DNA of 64,000 bases from Clostridia bacterium (GTDB lineage Bacteria; Bacillota; Clostridia; UBA1381; UMGS1253): positions 1,512-65,511 of the forward strand of contig JAZNSA010000018.1 of the NCBI GenBank assembly GCA_045590935.1, in the 5' to 3' direction. The notes below the pieces were generated by a model. The model was not told the origin of the DNA. It ran no database searches and saw nothing but the letters and a program-made list of their open reading frames with translations. Below, piece by piece: positions 1 through 9,553 of the stretch (its first letter is position 1; each line of letters begins with the position of its first letter). The position numbers and the translations under genes are program-made.

Positions 1-501
1 ATGGAATTTAATTATTCTGCATCTCGATTGAACCGTTGGCAAAATCTTCCCGAGCGATGATACGCATATTATAAAAACGGCATACTCCGGCGGCTCCTCT
101 AAAACCTTTAGCATAGCATTTTGCGCCTCATTTGTAAGCGCATCGCCATCCTCAATAATATAAATCTTATATTTCGATTTAAAAGGCTTTGTATAAACAT
201 CCGAAATAACATTTCTTATTTCGCCTACGCCTATGCTTTTCTTATCAATCTGCGATAAGCTGTATTTTTTCAAATCCGGGTTATTAAAATTGGAAAGTTG
301 CCTGCAACTATCGCACTCACCGCACGGGCTCTTAAATTCGCTCTCACAAAGGAGAGAAGCGGCAAAATATTCCGCTGTTTCAACCTTTCCAAGCCCCGCA
401 TCTCCCTCAAAAATATACGAATGAGTTGCAAAGCCATTCTGAGCGCTCTCTGCTAATATGCGAGCAACCCTTTCGCCCTGCACAGGCAGATTTATCGCCA
501 T
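1..501 (-). CDS. holB: DNA polymerase III subunit delta-prime, N-terminal 167 codons (3' end beyond window edge)
   Basis: Not in the ORF track because it runs off the window. My translation from ATG at 499-501 gives MAINLPVQGERVARILAESAQNGFATHSYIFEGDAGLGKVETAEYFAASLLCESEFKSPCGECDSCRQL...IIEDGDALTNEAQNAMLKVLEEPPEYAVFIICVSSLGKILPTVQSRCRIIKFH. It shows a GxxGxGK loop, a Cys-rich zinc module and the SRC motif of clamp-loader delta-prime. The start overlaps the darA stop (TAATG). Confidence 0.7.
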   Translation of the reverse strand, partial: MAINLPVQGERVARILAESAQNGFATHSYIFEGDAGLGKVETAEYFAASLLCESEFKSPCGECDSCRQLSNFNNPDLKKYSLSQIDKKSIGVGEIRNVISDVYTKPFKSKYKIYIIEDGDALTNEAQNAMLKVLEEPPEYAVFIICVSSLGKILPTVQSRCRIIKFH

Positions 502-830
502 TATACTTTTTCAAACCTTTCAACGTCAACAACAAATATCGTTGCACCGCCAACCTCAACCTCAACAGGATAAGGAGTACAACCAGTGCCAAGACCCGAC
601 ATCGGAACAGGAGTACTAACTATTTGCTTTCTTGTTTCACTCTTTTTCTTTATAATCTCAATAACAGTAGACACGTTTTGTTCGCTTGTTCCTACAAGCA
701 AGGTCATATTACCCGATTTCAAAAATCCGCCCGTCGTAGCAAGCTTTGTAACAGAAAAACCTTGTTTATTAAGCTCTCCCATCACCTTATTTCCATCCTC
801 ATCGTGAACAATTGCAAGTATAAGTTTCAT
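501..830 (-). CDS. darA: PII-like cyclic-di-AMP receptor DarA (YaaQ family)
   Basis: 109 aa with full-length resemblance to B. subtilis YaaQ/DarA (KLATTGGFLKSGN, YPVEVEVGGATIFV). It sits in the usual position next to holB. Confidence 0.8.
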   Translation of the reverse strand: MKLILAIVHDEDGNKVMGELNKQGFSVTKLATTGGFLKSGNMTLLVGTSEQNVSTVIEIIKKKSETRKQIVSTPVPMSGLGTGCTPYPVEVEVGGATIFVVDVERFEKV

Positions 831-1020
831 AAAAAATTCCTCCTTTTCATTAGGCTTACGTCTCTATATTCTACAGTTAAAATTTTTTCAAAGCCATACG
901 ACAAATAAATAAAATTTCACTCTGCATACCTCATCCATATATATTATAACATAAAACTGCTAAAAATGCAAGCTTTTTTGTTCAAAATCACTCACAAAAA
1001 TACTCTCTTTAATTTCTTGT

Positions 1021-2043
1021 TTATTTTCCTATCTCCAAGCTTGCAACGGCATTGAGAGTCATATCCGAAATATTTTCCTTTATAAACTCATAATATCCGC
1101 TGCATCCAATCATTGCAGCATTATCCGTACAAAGAACAGCAGGCGGAACATAAAAACGTATATTCTTCTTTTCGCACCCGCTCCTAAAAGCCTCTCTGAG
1201 TGCGCTATTTGCCGCAACTCCACCCGCAAGCGCAACCTTATTTACACCAACCATCTCCGCCGCCCTGAGCGTATGCCCGCACAAAACCTCAACGACAGCC
1301 TCCTGAAAGCTTGCCGCAACATCTGCTTTATTATACTCCTCGCCATTCTGCTCCATTTTATGAATATAATTAATAACTGCCGTTTTAACTCCGCTGAAGC
1401 TAAAATCAAGCTCTTGTTGCATCTTAACTCTCGGAAAATGGATTGCCTCTTTATTGCCCTCCTTTGAAAGCTTGTCTATAAGAGGTCCGCCCGGGTATCC
1501 AAGCCCTAAAACTCGCGCGATTTTGTCATACGCCTCGCCTGCCGCATCATCGCACGTTCTTCCTAAAACTTCAAATTCCGTATAGTCTTTAACATAAACA
1601 ATATGACTATGACCGCCCGATGCAACAAGGCACACAAACGGAGGCTCAAGCTCCTTATCGGCAATAAAATTTGCCATTATATGCCCTCTTATATGATGCA
1701 CCCCTACAAGCGGCTTCTTTTTGGCAAAAGCAAGCGCCTTTGCGCACGATACGCCAACCAAAAGTGCCCCAACAAGCCCGGGACCGTACGTTACCGCTAT
1801 CGCATCAATATCGTCAAAGGTTACCCCTGCTTCGGTGAGCGCTTCGTCAACAACCCTGTCAACCGCTTCAATATGACATCTCGATGCAATTTCAGGAACA
1901 ACTCCCCCGTACCTCTTATGTATATCAATTTGAGAATTTATTACATTAGAAAGAACCTCTCGTCCGTTTTTAACAACGGCTGCCGCCGTTTCATCGCAAG
2001 AGCTTTCTATTGCAAGAATTTTTATATCCTTCAATTTGTTCAC
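1021..2043 (-). CDS. tsaD: tRNA N6-adenosine threonylcarbamoyltransferase TsaD
   Basis: 340 aa with [25 protein letters not shown] and HHIRGH metal site (Kae1/TsaD family). The GTG start overlaps the rimI stop. Confidence 0.95.
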   Translation of the reverse strand: MNKLKDIKILAIESSCDETAAAVVKNGREVLSNVINSQIDIHKRYGGVVPEIASRCHIEAVDRVVDEALTEAGVTFDDIDAIAVTYGPGLVGALLVGVSCAKALAFAKKKPLVGVHHIRGHIMANFIADKELEPPFVCLVASGGHSHIVYVKDYTEFEVLGRTCDDAAGEAYDKIARVLGLGYPGGPLIDKLSKEGNKEAIHFPRVKMQQELDFSFSGVKTAVINYIHKMEQNGEEYNKADVAASFQEAVVEVLCGHTLRAAEMVGVNKVALAGGVAANSALREAFRSGCEKKNIRFYVPPAVLCTDNAAMIGCSGYYEFIKENISDMTLNAVASLEIGK

Positions 2044-2480
2044 CCTAATTTCTTCATCATCAACAGCGCATCCTCGCCATCATGATAATATCTTTTTCTA
2101 ATTCCAACTTCTTCAAATCCAAACCTTCTATAAAGCTTTTTCGCAGGCTCGTTTCCGACCCTTACCTCCAAAGTCATCTCACAAGCAGCTTTAGCTTGCG
2201 CCTCCTCTATCATCCTTCCAAGCAGGCTACTGCCTACGCCGCACTCTCTGAATTCGGGATGCACAGCTATATTTGTTATCTGCGCTTCGCCGCATACAAG
2301 CCAAAATCCCCCATAGGCTATCGCCTTTTTTTCTTTACTTCGGCAAACCAGATATACCGCTTTATCATTTTCAAGCTCATTTTTAAACGATGCCTCCGAC
2401 CAAGGCTTCGGGAAGCTTTTTTGTTCAACCTCTAAAACGTCTGCAATATCTTCCTCTGTCATACAAACTATATCAAACAT
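2040..2480 (-). CDS. rimI: ribosomal-protein-alanine N-acetyltransferase (GNAT)
   Basis: GNAT motif [20 protein letters not shown], adjacent to tsaD as in t6A operons. I prefer ATG at 2480 (AGGAG 8 nt upstream) over the track TTG at 2483. Confidence 0.8.
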   Translation of the reverse strand: MFDIVCMTEEDIADVLEVEQKSFPKPWSEASFKNELENDKAVYLVCRSKEKKAIAYGGFWLVCGEAQITNIAVHPEFRECGVGSSLLGRMIEEAQAKAACEMTLEVRVGNEPAKKLYRRFGFEEVGIRKRYYHDGEDALLMMKKLG

Positions 2481-2934
2481 CAAACTCGCTCCTGATTATA
2501 TCATTAGCCTTGATAAGAGCCTCATATATACGCTTCGCACAAATCCTATATATCCTCAAATCGCCTCCGTACGGGTCTTCAACATCGCCCTCCTCGCCTA
2601 TATATTCCAAAAGCGTAAAAGTTTTTTCCTCTGCCGCTCCGCCAAACAAATACAAAAGCATATCCTTGTGCGCATTTGTCATAGTCAAAATAACATCCGC
2701 CTCCGCAATTGTTCGTGCATCAACATTTTTTGCGCGGTGGTCGGTTATGTCAACATCATACTCCAAAAGCACCTTTATTGCATTGTCGTTTGCCAAGCAA
2801 CCGTCCTTTGCATTCATTCCGCCTGAATATATATTCAGCTCTCCTTCTTCAACATCCTCGGTAATTTTTTTAAACAACCCCTCCGCCATCGGCGAACGGC
2901 AAGTGTTTCCCGTACAAACAAATAAAATGTTCAT
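2473..2934 (-). CDS. low-molecular-weight protein phosphatase (YwlE-like arginine/tyrosine phosphatase family)
   Basis: N-terminal CX5R P-loop (VCTGNTCRSPMAEG) and C-terminal DPYGG; 153 aa. Confidence 0.8.
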   Translation of the reverse strand: MNILFVCTGNTCRSPMAEGLFKKITEDVEEGELNIYSGGMNAKDGCLANDNAIKVLLEYDVDITDHRAKNVDARTIAEADVILTMTNAHKDMLLYLFGGAAEEKTFTLLEYIGEEGDVEDPYGGDLRIYRICAKRIYEALIKANDIIRSEFDV

Positions 2935-4004
2935 TAATCTGTTACCTCATTTACTTTAATAATTTTATTTCCCGCTGATTTATACAATCTGTTTCTAACA
3001 GAATTTGAAAGCTCATCGCTAAAATTTATAAGTGCAAAAACGCAACTAACGCCTCTTTTATCAAACTCTCTTAAAGCCTTAAATAACCCTGCGGCATACT
3101 TTTTTGAATTATTTCCGCAATTTATATATTCATCATACTCAAAATCGGGCTTTGCCCCTTCAAAAATTCCGCAATCTAGAATTCCCAATCTTCCGTTTTT
3201 ATATTTTTCAATTATTTTTCCGAGCCTGTCAAAAGAAATATTCTTTCCGCATTCCACAACATAAACCTCTGCATCCGGTGAATAGTGAGTATATTTCATT
3301 CCGGGGCACTTCGGAACATCCGAATCATTAATTTTAACCTCAGGAAAAACAACCTCTCCTATTACCCCTTCAAGCATCTTTTTCGTTACTCCGCCCGGCC
3401 TTAATACAACAGGGATTTGAGCCGTACAATCTATAACGGTAGACTCAATTCCTACCGCACACTCTCCCCCGTCTGCAACCGCCTCAATTTTCCCGTCCAT
3501 ATCGCCTACAACGTGCGCCGCCAGGGTTGGCGACGGTTTTCCCGACGTATTTGCCGAGGGCGCCGCAACAGGAACGCCCGCCTCTTTTATTATAGCAAGG
3601 GCTATTTCATTATCAGGCATACGAATTGCAACCGTATCAAGCCCCGCACTTACCTCACTTGGAATAAGCTTCGATTTTTTCATAATAATGCTTATAGGCC
3701 CCGGCCAAAAATTATCCATAATCAATTTTGCCTTTGGCGGAATTTCCAAAACAAGCGCCTCAACGCTTTTCATATCCGCAACGTGAACAATAAGCGGATT
3801 GTCGGACGGCCTTCCCTTTGCGGCAAAAATTTTTTTAACGCATTTTCCGTCAAGTGCATTAGCGCCAAGCCCATATACCGTTTCCGTTGGAAATGCAACA
3901 AGTCCGCCGCATCTTAAAATTTCGCCCGCAACCTTAGCATTTTCTTCAAACAATTGCTTATTTTCAAAACTTAATAATCTCGTCAATTCACACATCTTCC
4001 TCAA
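2934..4004 (-). CDS. tsaC: L-threonylcarbamoyladenylate synthase (Sua5/YwlC type, two-domain)
   Basis: YrdC domain motifs FPTETVYGLGANAL, PGPISIIM and APSANTSGKPSPT, plus a C-terminal Sua5 domain; 356 aa. Confidence 0.9.
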   Translation of the reverse strand: MRKMCELTRLLSFENKQLFEENAKVAGEILRCGGLVAFPTETVYGLGANALDGKCVKKIFAAKGRPSDNPLIVHVADMKSVEALVLEIPPKAKLIMDNFWPGPISIIMKKSKLIPSEVSAGLDTVAIRMPDNEIALAIIKEAGVPVAAPSANTSGKPSPTLAAHVVGDMDGKIEAVADGGECAVGIESTVIDCTAQIPVVLRPGGVTKKMLEGVIGEVVFPEVKINDSDVPKCPGMKYTHYSPDAEVYVVECGKNISFDRLGKIIEKYKNGRLGILDCGIFEGAKPDFEYDEYINCGNNSKKYAAGLFKALREFDKRGVSCVFALINFSDELSNSVRNRLYKSAGNKIIKVNEVTD

Positions 4005-4025
4005 AGTTATAATATGTTGTTATAT

Positions 4026-4054
4026 ATTCTATCATAAGTTTGCATCTTTGACAA
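4026..4054 (-). promoter_or_regulatory. putative sigma-A promoter of the tsaC-ptp-rimI-tsaD operon
   Basis: Minus strand reads TTGTCA, a 17-nt spacer, then TGaTAGAAT (extended -10), about 20 nt upstream of the tsaC start. Confidence 0.4.
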
Positions 4055-4300
4055 TAGAAATTTTTAAAGATTTTTATTTTTTTTATTGTAGGTTTTTTTA
4101 CTTTTTTGTATTGGCTTGCAATAATAAAAAGCGTATAATGACTTTGAATTATTAATGAAACTCATAAAAAGGACGGCGTGCACATCTTTTCATTAAGAGA
4201 ATAAAAAAAACAAAAGGGTTAAAAGCGTTACCGCCGAAATTTTTGATAAATATGAAGGCACAGTTTATATCGACGAAATAAAAATAAACGATTAATTTTA

Positions 4301-4356
4301 AAAAAACTATAAAAGAAAATAGCGACAAGGATTTTTCAAAAAAGAAGCCTTATCGC
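4301..4356. terminator. bidirectional intrinsic terminator-like hairpin downstream of the oxidoreductase gene
   Basis: 13-bp stem aatagcgacaagg / ccttatcgctatt (1 mismatch), flanked by an A-run and a T-run. Confidence 0.55.
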
Positions 4357-4382
4357 TATTTTTATTGTTATTTTATAAAAAT

Positions 4383-5423
4383 TTAAAACTTGATATATTC
4401 GCCTTTTTTACTGCTCATATATGCCGCCTCAATAATCTTTTGCGACATTATCCCATCCTCTGCGCTAACAGGCACGTCTATCTCGCCCTTAACAGCTCTT
4501 CCAAAGGCATCAATCTCTTTTGTATACATATTGCCAAGCTCAAGGTTTATCTCCAAACGCTTAATTTCATCTCGGCTCTGTCCCGCATCGTTTCCCGAAG
4601 AATCGTCGCAAACCAAAACCTCAATTTCGCCGCCTTCAACCTGAGAAATTGTACCCTGCGCAAAAATGCTTCCTTTTGTTCCGTAAAACTCAATTTTGCA
4701 CTTTGTCGCCGCATCGGGAATGTTGAAATTCGCATCAACATACATATTTGCTCCGTTTTCAAGCCTTCCTATCAAACAACCGCCGTCCTCGACATCATAT
4801 TTAAAAATTTGATTGCCGACAAACCCCGCAACCTCTGTAACCTCAAGCCCCGTTATATAGCGGATAAGGTCAACGCAATGAACACCCATATCCATCATAG
4901 CACCGCCGCCTGAAAGCTTCATCTGCTGACGCCAGCAATTCTCCATTTCAGGATACCAACAAGTGAACTGCCCTCTTGCACTTACGATTTCGCCAATCTG
5001 CCCCGACTTTACAATTTCCCTCATCTTTTGGTGATATGTATGAAATCTCATCATAAACCCAACACCAAACTTAACCTGCTCATTTTTGCAAAACTCAGCA
5101 ATTTCTTCCGCTTCTGCGCTTGTTAGTCCAACAGGTTTTTCAATAAGAATATGTTTTTTTGCCTTTGCCGCACGAAAAGCCTGCTCCTTGTGGCAAAAAA
5201 CAGGAGATGCAATGTAAACCGCCTGAATTTCATCAATAGCCAAAAGGTCATCAATATTATCAAATGCATATTTTGCGCCGTATTTGTCCTTGCATCTTTC
5301 AGCCGCCTCAGGATTTGCATCCATAACCGCAACAAGCTCCGCATTTTCGCAAAGCATCATACCCGGAAGAGTTCTTCTGTCAGCAATTCCTCCGCAACCT
5401 ATTACACCCCATTTTATTTTCAT
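4383..5423 (-). CDS. Gfo/Idh/MocA family oxidoreductase
   Basis: N-terminal Rossmann motif WGVIGCGGIADRR and the EKP motif (ILIEKPVG); 346 aa; RBS AAGGAGGG. Confidence 0.85.
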   Translation of the reverse strand: MKIKWGVIGCGGIADRRTLPGMMLCENAELVAVMDANPEAAERCKDKYGAKYAFDNIDDLLAIDEIQAVYIASPVFCHKEQAFRAAKAKKHILIEKPVGLTSAEAEEIAEFCKNEQVKFGVGFMMRFHTYHQKMREIVKSGQIGEIVSARGQFTCWYPEMENCWRQQMKLSGGGAMMDMGVHCVDLIRYITGLEVTEVAGFVGNQIFKYDVEDGGCLIGRLENGANMYVDANFNIPDAATKCKIEFYGTKGSIFAQGTISQVEGGEIEVLVCDDSSGNDAGQSRDEIKRLEINLELGNMYTKEIDAFGRAVKGEIDVPVSAEDGIMSQKIIEAAYMSSKKGEYIKF

Positions 5424-5438
5424 AATAACACCCTCCTT

Positions 5439-5567
5439 TTATCTGCCTTCCTGCATCAAAAATCTGTTGATTTCCATCAAATCGTGGGCGTTATAGTTTT
5501 CTCCCACTGCCGCCCTTGGCACCTTTGTAGCGCCTGTGTTGTACCTAAAATCTGTTGCTTTTTCCAT
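5439..5567 (-). CDS. hypothetical 42-aa protein (below ORF-track cutoff)
   Basis: My translation is MEKATDFRYNTGATKVPRAAVGENYNAHDLMEINRFLMQEGR. GGAGGA lies 8 nt upstream of the ATG, and the stop is 15 nt before the oxidoreductase ATG. I recognise no family. Confidence 0.35.
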   Translation of the reverse strand: MEKATDFRYNTGATKVPRAAVGENYNAHDLMEINRFLMQEGR

Positions 5568-5616
5568 AATAAATTCCTCCTTAATATTCTGGTGTATATT
5601 TTTGAATAAATTCTTC

Positions 5617-5873
5617 TCAATAAATTTTTCTGATTTCGATGTTCTTAATCATAAGCTTCGTACAATATGCGGAAAAACCGATATGTCCGCCCTCAATCGG
5701 ATTTGGATCAATAAGCTCATCATTACATCATCTTTATAAAACTCTTTACTAAAAAGAATTCCACCCTTACTTTCAGACTCTTCTCCAATAAGCCTCCCAT
5801 CCTCAAAGTACCAATTTCCACTTTTTACGTCCCAATACTTCTGCCAATCCTCCGACGGAGAATATTTTAACAA
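5617..5873 (-). pseudogene. decayed DUF1080/3-keto-disaccharide-hydrolase-like (LamG jelly-roll) gene
   Basis: The track ORF 5649-5873 (..WDVKSGNWYFEDGRLIGE..GGILFSKEFYKDDV) breaks off. A shifted frame continues as ELIDPNPIEGGHIGFSAYCTKLMIKNIEIRKIY*, the typical C-terminus of this family. Combined length is only about 90 aa against roughly 180-200 expected, so there is a frameshift plus an internal loss. Confidence 0.45.
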
Positions 5874-5942
5874 AATCGGCGATTTGTCAACAATAACCTT
5901 TTACCTAAAAGACGTATTTCCTGCATCCCTTCACTCTCCTTT

Positions 5943-7223
5943 TCATTTTTTGAAAAAGCTTTTCCAAAGCGGACTTGCCGCAAAGCTGAATATCATTGCA
6001 CTAACTACTAAAATAATCCACAAAACTATAACCGTAGTCCAACCATAGTTTTCCGCCAAAACTCCAAAGCCTATATTTGCCGCAACTCCGCCAAACGATG
6101 CAACGGCGTTCAAAACTGCCGCAACGCTACCCGCTTTGTTGTACTTTGCAAAGCTTGAAGGAATTATAACATTTATAAATTGATGCCCCGCATACATCAT
6201 AGTTGTTACAATTGTCAAAAGCAAAATGATTATTGCTATATGTATCTTTCCGATAAGAAGCAAAAGAATCGTAAACGGCATTGCAAGCAAAAAACACATT
6301 CCGTATGTCAAAACGGGGCTTTTAATTCTTTTTGGATACAACCAGCTTGCAATAAATATACCCGCTAAATTAATAATCAACAAAACAGTCGTCAGCACGC
6401 TCACAAAGCTTGCCGAAACTCCATAAACATCTATAATCATTGTTGGAAGCCACGATTTTAATCCCATATCCAACGCCGTTCTGTTTAGCGACGGAACAAG
6501 CAAAACCAAAACTCCGCTCAATGCCAAAATCTTTCCGAAGCCCATCATTTTTTCTTTTTTGCCACCGTTTTCTCTCTTTTCGTTTAAAAACTTTTTTGTC
6601 GCTTCAATATTCATGTTCACAATTTCATTTAGCGGCTTTCTGTTTTTGTTTACAACAAACGCCCACATCGCAAGGCACATTGCAATTGCCGCCGAGGACA
6701 CCCAAAACAACATCTGCCAACCTGAAATTTTCAAAACAATTGCCGCAATCAAATAATTTGTAATCATTCCAACGCAATAGGAAAAAGAAATATAAATCAT
6801 TGCTTTTCGCCTATGCTCAGGCAATAAATACTCTGAAATAATTCTCAGAACCGCAGGCCATATTGCAAACTGAATAAGCCCACACAAGCTCCAAAGGATA
6901 AGCATTGTCCAAAAGCTTTTAGCCATAGCCATTCCCGCCAAAATTACAATCGTTCCGATTAATGTCATATAAATAAGCTTAACAGGGGAAACCTTGTCAA
7001 CTATTCCAACCCCCAACAGCTGCATTCCGCCGTAAAAGAGATAAAATCCCCCGTTTATAAACCCCGCAGCAGATTTGGAAAACATTCCCTCTCCTACAAT
7101 AACGGCAATAGATGCCGAATAAGCGCTTTTCGTCATTGAAATTACTGCATATATTATAAAGCTCGCTATAAACATAAAAAAGCTTGCTTTTTCTTCCTCT
7201 GTATACTTTGAAAACAATTTCAT
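5943..7223 (-). CDS. MFS transporter, substrate unknown
   Basis: 426 aa multi-pass hydrophobic protein with two halves separated by a basic loop (NEKRENGGKKEK). Confidence 0.85.
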   Translation of the reverse strand: MKLFSKYTEEEKASFFMFIASFIIYAVISMTKSAYSASIAVIVGEGMFSKSAAGFINGGFYLFYGGMQLLGVGIVDKVSPVKLIYMTLIGTIVILAGMAMAKSFWTMLILWSLCGLIQFAIWPAVLRIISEYLLPEHRRKAMIYISFSYCVGMITNYLIAAIVLKISGWQMLFWVSSAAIAMCLAMWAFVVNKNRKPLNEIVNMNIEATKKFLNEKRENGGKKEKMMGFGKILALSGVLVLLVPSLNRTALDMGLKSWLPTMIIDVYGVSASFVSVLTTVLLIINLAGIFIASWLYPKRIKSPVLTYGMCFLLAMPFTILLLLIGKIHIAIIILLLTIVTTMMYAGHQFINVIIPSSFAKYNKAGSVAAVLNAVASFGGVAANIGFGVLAENYGWTTVIVLWIILVVSAMIFSFAASPLWKSFFKK

Positions 7224-7243
7224 TATGTATACCTCTAATCCTT

Positions 7244-7420
7244 TTATTTCTCAGTATGATATAAAAATGGGTCCGCCCAAATCCAAGGAATTGTTTCCTT
7301 CGCCTTAACCTCATCCATCAAAAACTTAATATCATTCATCAAAAGGTCGCCTTTTCTGAATATAACATAATCCTCTTTGTTAGATTCAAATGCCGTTTCC
7401 TCGTCCATTCCAAGTTGCAT
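7244..7420 (-). CDS. hypothetical 58-aa protein (below ORF-track cutoff), doubtful
   Basis: My translation is MQLGMDEETAFESNKEDYVIFRKGDLLMNDIKFLMDEVKAKETIPWIWADPFLYHTEK. It fills the cysK-MFS gap, but the only SD-like GGAAGGG is about 15 nt from the ATG. Confidence 0.25.
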   Translation of the reverse strand: MQLGMDEETAFESNKEDYVIFRKGDLLMNDIKFLMDEVKAKETIPWIWADPFLYHTEK

Positions 7421-7441
7421 ATATATTTTTATATACCCTTC

Positions 7442-8371
7442 CTATTTACCACAAAAAAGCTCTGTCGACAAATACCTGTCGCCGGAATCAGGAAGCAAAA
7501 CAACAATGTTTTTTCCTTTGTTTTCCACTTTTGATGCAAGCTTAACAGCCGCCGCCAAAGCCGCTCCCGAAGAAATTCCAACTAAAAATCCCTCGCATCT
7601 TGCAACCTCACGACCATATTCAAACGCTTCCTCATCAGCTATTGCGATGATTTCGTCTATAATTTCAACGTCGAGCGTTTTTGGAACAAAGCCCGCTCCA
7701 ATTCCCTGAAGCTTGTGCGCTCCCGCACTTCCTCCCGACAAAACAGCCGAGCCCTTTGGCTCAACTCCAACAATTTTAACCTCGCTATTTTTGCTTTTTA
7801 AAAACTTGCCCGTTCCCGAAATTGTTCCGCCTGTTCCGATTCCTGCAACAAATATATCAACATTTCCCTCCATATCTTCCCATATTTCAGGACCTGTCGT
7901 TTCAAAATGAGTTTTCGGATTAACGGGATTTGTAAACTGACCTGCTATAAATCCGCCGTCCAATTTTTCAGCTAATTCCTCTGCCTTTTCAATTGCCCCG
8001 TTCATTCCCTTTGCGCCGTCCGTCAAAACAACCTCTGCGCCATACGCACTAACGAGATTTCTACGCTCCACGCTCATCGTTTCAGGCATAGTCAAAATCA
8101 ATTTGTACCCTTTTGAGGCACATATAGCCGCAAGTCCGATGCCTGTATTCCCGCTCGTCGGCTCAATTATAACCGCATTCTCCTTTAGACGCCCCTTTTT
8201 TTCTGCATCCTCAATTATCGCCTTCGCAATCCTGTCTTTAACAGAGCCTGCGGGATTAAGATATTCAAGCTTTGCAAAAAGGTTTGCCGCAAGGTTATAT
8301 TTTTTTTCAATTCCCGAAACTTTGACAAGCGGTGTTTTTCCGATAACTTCGTCAAAAGATTTATAAATCAT
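7442..8371 (-). CDS. cysK: cysteine synthase A (O-acetylserine sulfhydrylase)
   Basis: KLEYLNPAGSVKDR (PLP lysine), TSGNTGIGLA and GTGGTISG; 309 aa. Confidence 0.92.
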   Translation of the reverse strand: MIYKSFDEVIGKTPLVKVSGIEKKYNLAANLFAKLEYLNPAGSVKDRIAKAIIEDAEKKGRLKENAVIIEPTSGNTGIGLAAICASKGYKLILTMPETMSVERRNLVSAYGAEVVLTDGAKGMNGAIEKAEELAEKLDGGFIAGQFTNPVNPKTHFETTGPEIWEDMEGNVDIFVAGIGTGGTISGTGKFLKSKNSEVKIVGVEPKGSAVLSGGSAGAHKLQGIGAGFVPKTLDVEIIDEIIAIADEEAFEYGREVARCEGFLVGISSGAALAAAVKLASKVENKGKNIVVLLPDSGDRYLSTELFCGK

Positions 8372-8409
8372 ATATCTAATCTCCCTTTACTCTGCTCTTA
8401 TAAAAGCCA

Positions 8410-9462
8410 TTAAATCTTTTCGCCAAGGATTATAACCTGACCTTTCTCAACAGACTCAAAAGCAGCCTCCATAGTTTTTAAAACCCTCATCATTTCATCG
8501 TGCTTAACAATCTGCTCTTCTTTTCCGTCAATCGCTTTGCAAACATTTCTGTAAAAATCGTGAACATCAGATTTTGGAATTTCAAGCTCATAAGTATCCG
8601 TTGTTATTTCATCTCTCGGAGCCATAGTCTTTGTTAAGCCCGCCGCCATTTGAACAGGAATAACATCACTCTCGTGCCAAGCCTTGCACTTAACAACCTT
8701 GCACTTTTCTCTCCAATCTCTTATAATCGCACTGCCGTCCTTCGCCTGCATATAAAATCTCGGAAGCGCAATAAAGTTATACGTTCCAACCTCAATATAC
8801 GTCTGCACACCATCTTCAAACATAAGAATCAGCTTAAATTCATCGTCTACCTCAAAATTAGTAATGTGCGAAAATTGGCAATATACCTTTTCAATCTTCT
8901 GCTTAAAAATTTGAAGCATCTGGTCTATAAGATGAACACCCCAATCAAAAAGCATACCGCCGCCATACTCCTTTTTCCTTCTCCAATCGCTCGGAATACC
9001 TCTTGACCCGTGAATTCTTGATTCAATATTTAAAATCTTACCAATCTCACCGCTACTCGCAATCTGCTTCATTGCAAGAAAGTCAACATCCCATCTGCGG
9101 TTTTGATGCGTTGTAAAAAGCTTTCCCGCCTCATTTGCCGCATCAATCATATCCTGCAAATCCTTACTGTTTATTGCAACAGGCTTTTCACAAATAACAT
9201 TTTTTCCCGCTTTAAGCGCCTTAATAACTATTTCCTTATGCACGTCATTGGGCGTTGCAACCGTTACCAAGTCAATCCTTTCGTCCGCCAAAACAGCTTC
9301 AAGACTATCATAAGCAAAAATTCCGTTTTGCTTTGCCAGCTCTCTTCTTTCTTCCTTTGTATCATAGATACCCGCAAGATTAACAACGTCGCTTACCAAT
9401 GCATTTTTGCAATGCCAGCCACCCATTCCGCCATATCCTATTACACACAAATTCTTTTTCAT
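8410..9462 (-). CDS. Gfo/Idh/MocA family oxidoreductase
   Basis: VIGYGGMGGWH Rossmann motif and the CEKPVA motif; 350 aa. Confidence 0.85.
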   Translation of the reverse strand: MKKNLCVIGYGGMGGWHCKNALVSDVVNLAGIYDTKEERRELAKQNGIFAYDSLEAVLADERIDLVTVATPNDVHKEIVIKALKAGKNVICEKPVAINSKDLQDMIDAANEAGKLFTTHQNRRWDVDFLAMKQIASSGEIGKILNIESRIHGSRGIPSDWRRKKEYGGGMLFDWGVHLIDQMLQIFKQKIEKVYCQFSHITNFEVDDEFKLILMFEDGVQTYIEVGTYNFIALPRFYMQAKDGSAIIRDWREKCKVVKCKAWHESDVIPVQMAAGLTKTMAPRDEITTDTYELEIPKSDVHDFYRNVCKAIDGKEEQIVKHDEMMRVLKTMEAAFESVEKGQVIILGEKI

Positions 9463-9499
9463 ACTAAAACTCCTATAACAAATTCTTTTTCATACTAAA
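9448..9499 (-). repeat. 31-bp-period tandem duplication of the translation start region, creating uORF MKKNLL*
   Basis: caaattctttttcatactaaa occurs at 9448-9468 and 9479-9499. The upstream copy gives ATG AAA AAG AAT TTG TTA TAG (9493-9473), and its TAG lies inside the SD (TAGGAG) of the main gene. Confidence 0.8.
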
Positions 9500-9553
9500 C
9501 CCCCCATAAAAGTATTATTTAATGCATCAAAGGCACACTAAACATCTCATAAC

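Noticed and set aside
4113-4365. A plus-strand TTGGCT-17-TATAAT followed about 220 nt later by a hairpin with a T-run looks like an orphan sRNA unit.
   Set aside because: The region is very AT-rich, so promoter-like hexamers are expected. The hairpin is explained as the terminator of the minus-strand oxidoreductase gene. The interior has only 9-13 codon ORFs without an SD and no convincing structure.
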